Shown here: piece by piece, positions 1-11,112 of the stretch
Numbering within the stretch: the stretch's first letter is position 1
How the letters are laid out: each line of letters starts with the position of its first letter
NCBI GenBank assembly: GCA_040388985.1
Contig: JAZKAU010000002.1
Span: 311,642-375,641 of the forward strand
From: Patescibacteria group bacterium
GTDB taxonomy: Bacteria; Patescibacteriota; Minisyncoccia; Phycocordibacterales; Phycocordibacteraceae
Direction of reading: 5' to 3'
Length of the DNA stretch: 64,000 bases
Notes under the pieces: model-generated
What the model saw: the letters and a program-made list of their open reading frames with translations, nothing else
Databases searched by the model: none
Told to the model about the DNA's origin: nothing
Made by a program: the position numbers and the translations under genes

Positions 1-2
1 TC

Positions 3-1536
<1,534 letters not shown>

Positions 1537-1550
<14 letters not shown>

Positions 1551-2421
1551 CGAACAGATTCAGGTAGAGAGAATCACCTCGGCGCAGCCGGGCAGGAAAT
1601 TCTTGCTATTCGGCGCGGTCCACGGGAACGAGCCATGCGGACCGCTCGCCATAGAGAGGGTCTTGGAACGTATACGTTCAGGAGAGGTCGCGCTTTTGGG
1701 CGGCGAACTCATTGCGGTTCCGGTCGCCAATCCCGGAGCATATGCTGAAGATGCGCGCTTTCTCGAGGACAACCTCAATCGCGTCTTCAGAAAGACCGAA
1801 CTCCCGGAAACGTACGAAGCACGGCTCGCGAACGTGCTCGCGCCGTTCATAGAAGAGACTGATATCTTCCTCGACATCCACTCGACGAGCGCGCCTGGGC
1901 CCACATGCGTATTCATAGATTATCCGACGCCCGAGAATATCGCCTTTGCGGGTGCGCTCGGCATGGACTACGCGATAACCGGCTGGTCCACAGTCTATGC
2001 GAACAATCCTGCCGGTCTCGACTCCTATGACACGACCCGGTATACGTATGAGCAGGGGAAGACGGGCGTGATCATCGAATGCGGACAGCATGCAGAGCCT
2101 ACGGCAGCCGCGATTGCTGAGCGCTCCATACTCCGGGCACTCGCTCACTTCGGCATGATAGATCCCCTCGGAACGGACACACCGCGCACGAAGACGCGCA
2201 CGGTCCGGATGCATACCCTGCAGTACAAGCACGCTCCAGGCGACGTCTTCAGTAGTCGCTTCGAACACCTCGAACCTCTGGTCGAGGGGGCCGTAATTGC
2301 AACTCGCGAAAGCGGGGAGCCGCTCGTCGCGCCTCGGGATGCGGTGATGGTAATGCCTAAACACACGGCGCAGCCGGGCGGCGAGTGGTTCTATCTGGGA
2401 ACAGAGGAGGATCCGATATAA
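1537..2421 (+). CDS. Succinylglutamate desuccinylase/aspartoacylase (M14-like) family hydrolase
   Basis: GAVHGNEPCG, NLNRVF, LDIHS and IECGQH motifs; ATG at 1537 overlaps the end of the upstream gene. Confidence 0.85.
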
Positions 2422-2465
2422 CTGCTATCAGGGGCTAGATAAGGTGCTATGATTTCCACATCTCC

Positions 2466-3005
2466 ATGACCCATTGGTTTCAGGCACATAAGCGAAAGAT
2501 TCAAGAGATAGGCGCAGGACTATTTATCTGGGAAAGCTGGAATTTCCTGTACGACTGGCTCTTCTATCCCTTTGCGATCGCGTATTGGGGCGTCGTCGCA
2601 GGCGGCATACTCGTCACCGTCATCTCCGTCATCGTAAACGGCTTCGTATTCTGGCTCTATGAGTACATGCGCGTCGACTGGCTCGGCGCGCACGCGCTGC
2701 GCGAGCTCGAAGATAAGGAGAATAAGAGCAATATCGAGAAGCTTGCCACGTGGCTCGGAAAGCAAAAGACGACGCTGCGCGAGAAGATACTCAGCCCTAT
2801 AGTCTTCATCGGTCTTACCTTGCCGATCGATCCACTCATCGTGGCCATACATTACCGCAAGAATCATTTCCGCGGCTTAGGCACCCGCGACTGGCTGCTC
2901 CTCATAGGCGCGACGCTTGCCGCTAATGCCTGGTGGCTCCTCAAGATCGGCCTCATCGTCGAGGCTGCTAAATTCCTCTGGTTACATTTCCTCTTGCTTA
3001 TCTGA
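2466..3005 (+). CDS. Hypothetical membrane protein
   Basis: 179 aa with several hydrophobic segments; TATGAT -10-like box upstream. Confidence 0.7.
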   Translation: MTHWFQAHKRKIQEIGAGLFIWESWNFLYDWLFYPFAIAYWGVVAGGILVTVISVIVNGFVFWLYEYMRVDWLGAHALRELEDKENKSNIEKLATWLGKQKTTLREKILSPIVFIGLTLPIDPLIVAIHYRKNHFRGLGTRDWLLLIGATLAANAWWLLKIGLIVEAAKFLWLHFLLLI

Positions 3006-3006
3006 T

Positions 3007-3846
3007 ATGAGCGAGCCATCACCTGACGAACTCACCGTTGACAGGATTGCTTCCGACCGGAGCCTCTTCAACTCATTCGTGTATACGCCGTGGGAGGAGG
3101 CTATAGAGGAATGTAAACGCCGTGAGAATGACCCCGTGCTCGCCGCGTATGTGGAGCGCACGGTCCGTGCGGGCATACCTCCCATCATGAACGGGAAGAA
3201 AAGTATGGTGCTCTTCCGCCATGTGCTGACGCCCAATTACGAGGTGCACCGGTTTCTCGTAGCGGCCGATGCCTTTCCGGAATTCCAACCGCTCGTTCTC
3301 GAATACACGAAAGATAAATATACCAATCGCAACGACTGGAAATTCTCGCTAGGGAAGATGAGCTTCCATAAAGGACATACGAGAACGAACGAGACCATCG
3401 TGGAGAATAAGACCATCATCGATATGAACGATAGCAACTTCAAGCCTATCGATTCTATCCGCACGCATTGGGGGCAGAACCTGGTCGAGTTCCACCATGA
3501 GCTGTTCGATACAGCCTACCCGAATTTCAAGAATCTCCGCTTCGACCTTTCCGACTGGATACACGAGGCAGGACCCTCGCCCAAGGAGTATTATAAGAGC
3601 TTCATCGCGCTCTTCCTGCGGAACGGAATACTCTTCGAGAATTTTCTCGTCGACAGCAAGGAATACAACTTTACGAAGGAGATCATCCTGCCGGCCTTCC
3701 TCGAGCTGTATGCGGAGAGCGGTCATAAGCCGCTCATCGTCGCGCTCGAGCCGACCGACATAGAAGGCGATCGCTTCTGGCATTCGCATCCGTTCGTGCG
3801 CAAGGATGCTGTCGATGCGAAGGAGCGCGGGACACCGAGCGCCTGA
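3007..3846 (+). CDS. Hypothetical soluble protein
   Basis: ATG 1 nt after the upstream stop; globular composition; family not recognised. Confidence 0.7.
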   Translation: MSEPSPDELTVDRIASDRSLFNSFVYTPWEEAIEECKRRENDPVLAAYVERTVRAGIPPIMNGKKSMVLFRHVLTPNYEVHRFLVAADAFPEFQPLVLEYTKDKYTNRNDWKFSLGKMSFHKGHTRTNETIVENKTIIDMNDSNFKPIDSIRTHWGQNLVEFHHELFDTAYPNFKNLRFDLSDWIHEAGPSPKEYYKSFIALFLRNGILFENFLVDSKEYNFTKEIILPAFLELYAESGHKPLIVALEPTDIEGDRFWHSHPFVRKDAVDAKERGTPSA

Positions 3847-3912
3847 TATACCCAGCTGCGAAGCGATATATCGGGTTCAGAGGCGAGCTCTGGGGGTATA
3901 CTTAGCTCATTC

Positions 3913-4368
3913 ATGCGTAGTCCACGGTATTTTCTCGTGCTCAGCATCGCGGCGATACTCGGCATCGTAGGCTATCGCTACGACCAGTATCTCGTCGAGA
4001 AGCAGTATACGTTGCGTGTCGACGTCTCCTGTGATTCGGCAGCCGAAAGCTGCTTCGCGGCTGACTGCACGCCTGACAGCGGTCCGGATTGCGATCCGAC
4101 GCCATATAAGAAAGTAGAGATACGCGCAGCGGACGCGCCTGCGTGCCTCGAAGAGCATTCCTGCGAGCACTTTTCCTGTGCAGGTATCGCGTCATGCACC
4201 CTATCACTCTGCAGCGGAGACGTGCTTGAGGACGGCGAGAAATGTGCAACTCCTGACACAGATAGCGACAGTGCTGCGGATACTCCTCCAGACCAGGTCT
4301 CTGCGCCTGCATCCGAGATGGAAAGGTCTTCAGCGATACCCACAGCGAGCACGTCCGCTCCCCGATAG
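3913..4368 (+). CDS. Cys-rich membrane-anchored/exported protein
   Basis: N-terminal TM segment then ~10 Cys and an acidic tail; ends 3 nt before the histidine kinase. Confidence 0.7.
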   Translation: MRSPRYFLVLSIAAILGIVGYRYDQYLVEKQYTLRVDVSCDSAAESCFAADCTPDSGPDCDPTPYKKVEIRAADAPACLEEHSCEHFSCAGIASCTLSLCSGDVLEDGEKCATPDTDSDSAADTPPDQVSAPASEMERSSAIPTASTSAPR

Positions 4369-4371
4369 CCT

Positions 4372-6024
4372 ATGCACTTAGAATCCCTCATACACGTCCA
4401 ATACTGTTACGACTATCTGATAGAGCAGATACCGGTGGGCTTGCTCGTCTATTCCCATATCCCGACCGCTATCGCAGCGCTTCTCTTCGGCGGCTACGTG
4501 CTCTGGAAGACGCGTAATCTTCCGAGCACCATGCTTTTCATAGTTTGCGTCGCCTTTGCCGCGTGGTGCTTCGGAGACCTCGGATCCTGGTTCTCCTTCC
4601 TGGGATCGGCACAGACGATGTTCCTGTGGGCGCCGCTCGATTTGTTTGCCGTCATCTTCTTCTATTTCGCATACTACTTCCTCTATACTTTCGTCACTAA
4701 ACACGACATCCCGCTCTGGCAGAAGATACTCAGTATCGTTCTCATACTGCCCACGGCTATCGCGACCTTGCTCGGAACGAATCTCACGGCATATGACGCT
4801 AATACCTGCGAAGCCGTAGAGAACGCACGCATAACGGCGTACCCGTATTTCGTGGAAGCGATCGTACTCCTTGGATCGTTGGTCTTCTCGATCCGGCACT
4901 ACCTACGGACTACGGATATGCAGCTCAGGAGAGAAGGACTGCTTGCCGGTATCGGCGTCATCACCTTCCTGGGCTTCTTCCTCACGTCCACGCTTGCCGT
5001 CAAGCTCCTCGTCAACTACAGTGTCGGCGATTACGCCTATAACTATGAGATATACGGATTGTTCGGGATGCCAATCCTTCTCATGTACCTCGGCTATCTC
5101 ATCGTCCGCTATCATGCCTTCGACCTGCGCATCTTCGGTACGCAGGCGCTCGTGCTCGCGCTCATCGCGCTCATCGGAGCTGAATTCGCATTCGTGACTT
5201 CTGTAACCAATAGAATTCTTGTCGGCATCACGCTCGTCCTGACCGGCTTCATCGGCCTCATCCTTATCAGGAGTGTGCGCCGGGAGATAGAGCAGCGTCA
5301 GCGCATCGAGCTGCTCGCAAAGGACCTCGGGGTATCAAACAAGCAGCAGGAGACGCTCATCCGCTTCATCAGCCATCAGTTGAAAGGTTTCATCGCAAAA
5401 TCCCGGAACATCTTCTCCATGATCCAGGAGGGTGACTACGGCACACCGCCGGAGACCATGAAAGCCGTCATCGCCGAAGGCTTCAACTCCTCGACTAAGG
5501 GCGCGCAGACCATCCAGGAGATACTGAATGCGTCCAACATAAAGAGCGGTAAGGTCACCTATATGAACCAAGCCTGTGATTTCAAGGCGCTCCTCGAAGG
5601 CGTGGTCGCGGGACTCAAGCCCGCAGCTGACGCCAAGGGAGTTACCCTTACGCTTGTCATGCCGAGCGAGCCGGTGCCGTGTATGGGCGACAAGATGCAG
5701 ATGGAGAATGCGCTTAGGAATCTCATCGATAACTCGATCAAGTACACGCCGACCGGGAGTATCACCGTCACCCTCACGCAAGGAGAAGGGAAACTGCGAT
5801 TGGTCCTACAGGATACGGGCGTGGGCATTACGCCCGAGGATATGCAGCATCTCTTCACCGAGGGTGGTCATGGTGCCGAGAGTCAGAAGGTGAACATCGA
5901 CTCCACCGGCTTCGGGCTCTACATCGTGAAGAACATCATCGAGGCACATAAAGGGAAGGTGTGGGCGCAGAGTGAGGGCGCGGGCAAAGGCTCAACTTTC
6001 ACCGTCGAGCTCCCAATCTCCTGA
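4372..6024 (+). CDS. Sensor histidine kinase with multi-TM (HisKA_7TM-like) N-terminus
   Basis: H-box FISHQLK, N-box NLIDNSIKYT, DTGVG and GFGLYIVK G-boxes. Confidence 0.92.
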   Translation: MHLESLIHVQYCYDYLIEQIPVGLLVYSHIPTAIAALLFGGYVLWKTRNLPSTMLFIVCVAFAAWCFGDLGSWFSFLGSAQTMFLWAPLDLFAVIFFYFAYYFLYTFVTKHDIPLWQKILSIVLILPTAIATLLGTNLTAYDANTCEAVENARITAYPYFVEAIVLLGSLVFSIRHYLRTTDMQLRREGLLAGIGVITFLGFFLTSTLAVKLLVNYSVGDYAYNYEIYGLFGMPILLMYLGYLIVRYHAFDLRIFGTQALVLALIALIGAEFAFVTSVTNRILVGITLVLTGFIGLILIRSVRREIEQRQRIELLAKDLGVSNKQQETLIRFISHQLKGFIAKSRNIFSMIQEGDYGTPPETMKAVIAEGFNSSTKGAQTIQEILNASNIKSGKVTYMNQACDFKALLEGVVAGLKPAADAKGVTLTLVMPSEPVPCMGDKMQMENALRNLIDNSIKYTPTGSITVTLTQGEGKLRLVLQDTGVGITPEDMQHLFTEGGHGAESQKVNIDSTGFGLYIVKNIIEAHKGKVWAQSEGAGKGSTFTVELPIS

Positions 6025-6144
6025 CCAGAGGCGTTTACGAGATTTCCTCGCATGCGGCTCCGGCGTTGAATATACGGGCTTCGCGTAGTAAGGTGTTCCT
6101 ATCGCTGACGTGCGCAGGCTTTCGTCAGCTGGATTCTCTCATTT

Positions 6145-6218
6145 GCTGGCGTAGCTCAGGTAGTTAGAGCATAGGACTCATAAACCTAAGGTCGGAAGTG
6201 CAAGTCTTCCCGCCAGCA
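6145..6218 (+). tRNA. tRNA-Met(CAT), probably elongator (Ile2 not excluded); no encoded CCA
   Basis: Acceptor stem GCTGGCG/CGCCAGC, anticodon loop CT-CAT-AA, T-arm GGAAG-TGCAAGT-CTTCC with atypical TGC T-loop. Confidence 0.9.
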
Positions 6219-6400
6219 CAAAGTGGTTATCGCGAGCTTGGTGCTGGCGGAGAACCCTGCCTGCGCAGGGTTCGTGAAGACTTGCAAGGCGGAGTCATGT
6301 CGCGAAGCGACGGCGAGCCCGGGTCGGGACTGCGAGGACGAATGCGAATGCTTGGAGCATTCGGCCCGCAGATCGTGACCAAGTCTTCCCGCCAGCACCA
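6219..6400 (+). other. tRNA-Met-associated element: split antisense copy of the tRNA 3' end plus direct repeat carrying CCA
   Basis: TGGTGCTGGCGG (6239-6250), hairpin 6252-6273, GAAGACTTGCA (6276-6286); direct repeat CAAGTCTTCCCGCCAGCAC at 6201-6219 and 6380-6398. Confidence 0.85.
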
Positions 6401-6446
6401 ACTTGTATTCCCGAACGGAAAACGTTATATTCCATAGGTTAACCAT

Positions 6447-6523
6447 GCGGCTGTAGCTCAGCTGGTTAGAGCGATCGCCTGTCACGCGATAGGTCGCCGG
6501 TTCGAGTCCGGTCAGCCGCGCCA
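6447..6523 (+). tRNA. tRNA-Asp(GTC)
   Basis: Canonical cloverleaf, anticodon GTC, GGTTCGAGTCC T-arm, encoded CCA. Confidence 0.96.
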
Positions 6524-6526
6524 ACA

Positions 6527-6554
6527 ACAAAGCCGCCCATATGGGCGGCTTTGT
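6527..6554. terminator. Hairpin, probable bidirectional terminator
   Basis: ACAAAGCCGCCCAT/ATGGGCGGCTTTGT between tRNA-Asp and a convergent gene. Confidence 0.75.
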
Positions 6555-6586
6555 GCGTGCGAGGGGTGAATACGTCTGTAAAGACT

Positions 6587-7594
6587 TTAGTACAGCGGAG
6601 CTACTACTATTGATGTGGCGGTGTGTGCGCTTGAGCCGCTGTCATCCGTCACCGTAAATGCTGGAGCGTAAGTGCCTGCGCGTCCATATGAATGGGTAAA
6701 TGTTCCGCTTGTGCTTATGGTGGTTGGCTGAGGAGCCATGATATTGGCGCCGCTCGTCGCATATTGCTCATTGCCCCAGAGTACTGAGTAATGCAGGTTG
6801 CCTGAACCGCTATCTGTAAGAACGCGTACCGTCCAGGTTCCTTGCTGTCCAAGGGCTAGCGTTGTGGGTGCGTCTAAGCCGCTAATCGAGAGAGTTTGCT
6901 GGCTACCTGTTCCCACCTGTATCACTACCGTACCGATAGGCATGGTCGCGATCATGCAGCGAGGCTCGCTCCACATACAACCGATATAGCGTTCGAGAGT
7001 AGCGGTGTACGTACCACTCGAAGTGTAGGTGTGTGTCGAATGAACTCGCGGGCAGCCCGCAGGATTATTAAGGGTGCCCATGCACACATTTACCGCGTCC
7101 AGAGCGCCGCTGTTTGAACCGTCTCCGTACTCAATGACATATTGATTGCCACCAGTAAGGCCGGACCCAGAAAAGTCTACCGAAAGAGGTGCAGAGCCTG
7201 AAGTAGGAGTAGCGGAGAGGGGAGTGTCTGTGGGGAAGGAGTTTGGACTACAGTGTCGTTGTATGAAGGCCCGGGTAAGGGGGCCCACATATCCTGTTGC
7301 AGGAACGCCGTTGGCTGACTGGAAGGCTATTACTGCCTTACGGGTTATCGGTCCGAAGTGACCAGTACCCATATTCACTGAATCAAAGAACCCTTGTGTC
7401 ACAAGGTATTGCTGTAAAGAGGTAACCTCGCCTGTTGTAGTCGTGTCGTCCGCGCCATATCGCATATTTACTACAGGAGAAAAGCAAGCCGGGCCTGCTC
7501 CTGTACCGTCAGTTTGGGCAGAAGCGACCGAAACGCTAGAAAAGAGCATGGTAATTACAAGCAATGCGCCGGGGAGTATTTGGTATGGTTTCAT
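6587..7594 (-). CDS. Secreted protein with peptidoglycan-binding domain and PKD-like repeats
   Basis: Signal peptide from MKPYQ; VTSLQQYL..GHFGPITRKAV..FQ..TGYVGPLTR PG-binding motif; YGDG..HTYTSSGTY and HSYGRAGTY PKD motifs. Confidence 0.85.
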   Translation of the reverse strand: MKPYQILPGALLVITMLFSSVSVASAQTDGTGAGPACFSPVVNMRYGADDTTTTGEVTSLQQYLVTQGFFDSVNMGTGHFGPITRKAVIAFQSANGVPATGYVGPLTRAFIQRHCSPNSFPTDTPLSATPTSGSAPLSVDFSGSGLTGGNQYVIEYGDGSNSGALDAVNVCMGTLNNPAGCPRVHSTHTYTSSGTYTATLERYIGCMWSEPRCMIATMPIGTVVIQVGTGSQQTLSISGLDAPTTLALGQQGTWTVRVLTDSGSGNLHYSVLWGNEQYATSGANIMAPQPTTISTSGTFTHSYGRAGTYAPAFTVTDDSGSSAHTATSIVVAPLY

Positions 7595-7704
7595 TACTAT
7601 AGTATGACGTGTTGTTGAGCTAACTCTTACCCGCCGTTGCGTGACTGGAGGATCATAGAAAACCAAGAGAGATATCAACACAGCTACGTCTAAGTACGTA
7701 CAGT

Positions 7705-7765
7705 GGTTCCAACAGCGTCCACGAGGTCGCGCGAACAATAAAGCCATCCTCTGGGCGGCTGTGTG
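7705..7765 (+). repeat. Degenerate copy of tRNA-Asp 3' end plus terminator (possible attR remnant)
   Basis: GGTTCCAAC...CGCGCGAACAATAAAGCCATCCTCTGGGCGGCTGTGTG resembles 6499-6555. Confidence 0.55.
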
Positions 7766-7810
7766 TTTCGGTAAACGGAACTGCTATGCTTAGGCCATCC
7801 ACCAAGATTT

Positions 7811-8794
7811 ATGGAGGCTACCCAGACAATAGAGAGCATCCTCGCTTATTGCGCTAAAGAAGGCCTGGATATAGACGCTTCCACGCTTGCTCCTCTGGAT
7901 AGCGCGGGGTTCATGAGCCGAGTACTAACTGCGCGCTCCGACAAAGGCGAAGTCGTCATAACTATCGTCGCGCAGCCGGTGCCGGAACAGCTCTATCAGG
8001 GTGGTGGTGAGAAGATTCTAAAAGTAGGGAGGTTATTAGCGGGCGTGCCTCAGATTCCCCACATATACCTTACCGGCCCGTTGCCCAATAAGGGGTACTT
8101 CATAGTCCAAGAACGCAAACCAGGCACGCCGCTTGGCAGACGCGTGTATTCAGGAGGAACATTTGTTGATGAGTTCTTAGTCGAAGATCCGCAGAGACTC
8201 GTGGAAGAACTTGAAGAAGTAATACTCCAGATACACGAGCATCGATTCACGAGCTTCGGCTACATAGACCTGCAAGCGAGCGCGATACAGGGATCGCACG
8301 CCTCATGGCCTGAATTCTTACTGGATAATTTCAAGAGAAATATATCTATGCTTGAAGCTGCAGAAGCTTCTCATGGAGTCTCGTACTTTAGTGCGGTCTC
8401 TGCGGATGAGTTCAGAAGAAAGATTGAAGATCTGCTCTCCCTAAACAGGGAATGCTTCGAGATCGAGAGCGCCAGTCTCATCCATGGCGACGTGCTCAAC
8501 TACAGCAACGTGTTGGTAGAGGACGGGAAGGTCACCGGAGTCGTGGATCTCGAATGGGCGCTCTTAGGACATCCCGCATGGGAATTCGTATTCAGAAAAC
8601 AACCTCCGATTGGCCGCTATGTGCCCTTGGCTAAGCAGAAAGGGCTCATTCCGCCAGATATAGACTTCAAGCGTTCAGTCGCACTCCACAACATATTCTG
8701 GTGCGCATGGGGTGCTTCAGTCCACGCGACGAATCCAGAGTTCGGCTCAGCGCTTTTTAAATCCTTCATAACTAGCTTACAATCAGAGGTATGA
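7811..8794 (+). CDS. Aminoglycoside phosphotransferase (APH)/choline kinase-like protein
   Basis: LIHGDVLNYSNVLV and GVVDLEWA kinase motifs. Confidence 0.85.
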   Translation: MEATQTIESILAYCAKEGLDIDASTLAPLDSAGFMSRVLTARSDKGEVVITIVAQPVPEQLYQGGGEKILKVGRLLAGVPQIPHIYLTGPLPNKGYFIVQERKPGTPLGRRVYSGGTFVDEFLVEDPQRLVEELEEVILQIHEHRFTSFGYIDLQASAIQGSHASWPEFLLDNFKRNISMLEAAEASHGVSYFSAVSADEFRRKIEDLLSLNRECFEIESASLIHGDVLNYSNVLVEDGKVTGVVDLEWALLGHPAWEFVFRKQPPIGRYVPLAKQKGLIPPDIDFKRSVALHNIFWCAWGASVHATNPEFGSALFKSFITSLQSEV

Positions 8795-9675
8795 CCGAAC
8801 GTCTCCGATCTGAGGCTACTGCACAAGATCAGCCACCATCTGAGGAGGCTGCATTCGAAGCGTTCTTCACGCGCCATGGCGCTGCCCTATATCTAGAGAA
8901 TGGACGTATCCTTCGCTCGGATAGCCCTGAAGCCACGCCGAACTTCAAGGGGTTGCTGCGTCCAGATCTCGACCCTCAGAAGATCGAGGCTGTCCATAAG
9001 GCAGCTGAGAAGCTTCTAGGATCGCTTAACCCCGATACCGATGAGCTCTTCATCGTGTCTAGCGACATCCCTCGAGCTATTGAGACCGCAGACATCTATC
9101 GGCAGATAGCTCACACGCTAGGCTTTACTGTCATACGACACGAAGACAGACAGGTTCGTGACGACTTCGCCCGGGATAGCGCCGAAAGCGAGATACGGAC
9201 CCTCCCGAGCCTCGGTCTCAGGGTGGAGAACCTTCTGAATCTCGCCCTATTTAGCCCGGAGACAACAGAGGAGGACATCAACTGGAGCGGAGTGAGCTCG
9301 GAAGCAAGAGAGAAGTGGAGGAAGGCGCGTGCCCTCATCGACCAGGATAGCAGGGCTAACTGGGGAGAGAATTTCGTGGCCCATGCAGACGAGATCGGAA
9401 AGCTGTACCCCGATATAGCGAGAGCCAAGGCGGCATACGTACAGGGCTTCCAGAATCTCTTGAGGCTCGCCAAGTTTGCGAAGAGGAAGAGCGAGACATT
9501 GGCACCAGGGAGGAAGATCAAGGTGCTCGCATTCGGTCATGAGAACTACATACGCCCGTTTCTCAGTGAGAACTTCGGCGACGCAGGTTTTGACAACGTT
9601 GAGACCATAAAGGTAGAGGTGGGCGAGCCTGTCACTATTGAACGCAGGGGCGTGCGTAAATCGCTCGAGGACTGA
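8791..9675 (+). CDS. Histidine phosphatase superfamily protein
   Basis: TRHG, SSDIPRAIETA, AFGHE motifs; ATGA overlap with the kinase gene. Confidence 0.7.
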   Translation: MTERLRSEATAQDQPPSEEAAFEAFFTRHGAALYLENGRILRSDSPEATPNFKGLLRPDLDPQKIEAVHKAAEKLLGSLNPDTDELFIVSSDIPRAIETADIYRQIAHTLGFTVIRHEDRQVRDDFARDSAESEIRTLPSLGLRVENLLNLALFSPETTEEDINWSGVSSEAREKWRKARALIDQDSRANWGENFVAHADEIGKLYPDIARAKAAYVQGFQNLLRLAKFAKRKSETLAPGRKIKVLAFGHENYIRPFLSENFGDAGFDNVETIKVEVGEPVTIERRGVRKSLED

Positions 9676-9709
9676 TTGCGGCAAGTAGCCTCCTTGGTAC
9701 TATTACCTG

Positions 9710-10198
9710 ATGAGCACGTACCATATCGAGGGAGTTGCTGGTACCGGGAAAAGTACTGTTTCTGAAGACCTAAGGAAAAGGGGATACCGCGTCGTCGATG
9801 CTGATGTGCTGTGCTATTACGGCGATCCGAAGACGGGCGAGCCTGCGGAGAAGTCTCCATTGAACTGGATCTGGCCCAAATCAGAGATCCTTGCGCACAT
9901 AACAGATGCAAACGGTGAACCGCTCTTTATCTGTGGCCGAGCCATGAATCAGGACGACTTCGAGCCTTACTTCAAGAAGACCTTCCTACTGAAGATAGAT
10001 GACGAGACTCTGAAATATCGGCTCGCTACCAGAACCAATAACGACTATGGCAAACATCCGGACGATCTGGCCCTTCAGTTGAAATGGAATGCCGAAGAAC
10101 TCGAGGCTGCTCGACACAAAGGGGCAATAGTCATCGACGCGACGCTCCCGCCTGATGAGGTCGTTACTGAAATACTGCGGCATGTTCAGGAAGGATAG
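9710..10198 (+). CDS. P-loop nucleoside/shikimate-kinase-like protein
   Basis: IEGVAGTGKST Walker A, DAD, RLATR lid. Confidence 0.8.
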   Translation: MSTYHIEGVAGTGKSTVSEDLRKRGYRVVDADVLCYYGDPKTGEPAEKSPLNWIWPKSEILAHITDANGEPLFICGRAMNQDDFEPYFKKTFLLKIDDETLKYRLATRTNNDYGKHPDDLALQLKWNAEELEAARHKGAIVIDATLPPDEVVTEILRHVQEG

Positions 10199-10218
10199 AC
10201 GTTCAACCCATCTCCGCT

Positions 10219-10250
10219 CGCAAGGCCGCCCTCTGGGCGGCCTTGCGTTT
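10219..10250 (+). terminator. Intrinsic terminator-like hairpin
   Basis: CGCAAGGCCGCCC-TCT-GGGCGGCCTTGCG-TTT; similar to the hairpin after tRNA-Asp. Confidence 0.7.
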
Positions 10251-10290
10251 CAGCCTGCAGGACTTCAAGACCGGGGGGTATACTTAAGCT

Positions 10291-11112
10291 ATGAGTGAGA
10301 AGATCGAATCAGCAGGACCCAAGGCTACAAATGTTTCGGAATCTGTGCCTCCGGTTGAAACGCCTGAGGGTGAGCGGAAGCCCGAGCTGATAATCGATTT
10401 CATACGACATGGCACGACCGCGTACGGACCCGCTCTTGAGCAGAAACTCCGGGATATCGGACAAGATCCGGAGATATTCACGCTTATGCCGGCAGTCGAT
10501 GGTTCGATCGAAGACGCGCGTGAGCAGCTAGAAGGCAGGGTAACCCAGGAAGGAGAGGAGGGACTGCGAGAGTCTATACGTGAGCTATGCAAGCGAATCG
10601 ACCCGAAGAAGGAGATAGTCGCGATAGCGCACGGTACCCGGACACGGCATGAACAGTCGACCGATATCATCGCTGACGAACTGCGCAAGAACGGTATCGA
10701 CGTAGTGAGGGTGAAGCCCCATAAGAACCTGGTGGATGTTCAAGGAGGCGGCTGGTACAGCTTCGTGGACTACATCATGAATCACCAGGGCAAGACCGAG
10801 GCAGATCTCGAAGCATTCTGGTGGGAGATGTATCAGGATGAAGAGACACGTTCAGCCATGAATGCAGCCGGTTACGAGAACCTCGCCGATGTTGCTAAGC
10901 GTACCGAATATTTCGTCGAGATACTGAGGCGTTTCGTGAGGAGACATGCTCTTGGCAAGACGCTGCGCGTCATTGCTGTAACGAGCGACGTGAATATCGA
11001 GCAGATCCAGCAGGCCGGGATTCCTATGGAAGAACGTAATCAGATCTGGCCTGCCAATGCAGAGATATATGAGGTGGGATTCGAGGCTTTGGATACTGCT
11101 ACGCAACCATGA
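10291..11112 (+). CDS. Divergent histidine phosphatase superfamily protein
   Basis: DFIRHG and GTRTRHEQS motifs; C-terminal VIAVTS strand lacks the usual His. Confidence 0.65.
   Translation: MSEKIESAGPKATNVSESVPPVETPEGERKPELIIDFIRHGTTAYGPALEQKLRDIGQDPEIFTLMPAVDGSIEDAREQLEGRVTQEGEEGLRESIRELCKRIDPKKEIVAIAHGTRTRHEQSTDIIADELRKNGIDVVRVKPHKNLVDVQGGGWYSFVDYIMNHQGKTEADLEAFWWEMYQDEETRSAMNAAGYENLADVAKRTEYFVEILRRFVRRHALGKTLRVIAVTSDVNIEQIQQAGIPMEERNQIWPANAEIYEVGFEALDTATQP

Noticed and set aside
6186-6530. ORFs 6186-6530(-), 6198-6437(+), and likewise 16482-16694 and 16644-16922
   Set aside because: They overlap tRNA genes and are shadow ORFs
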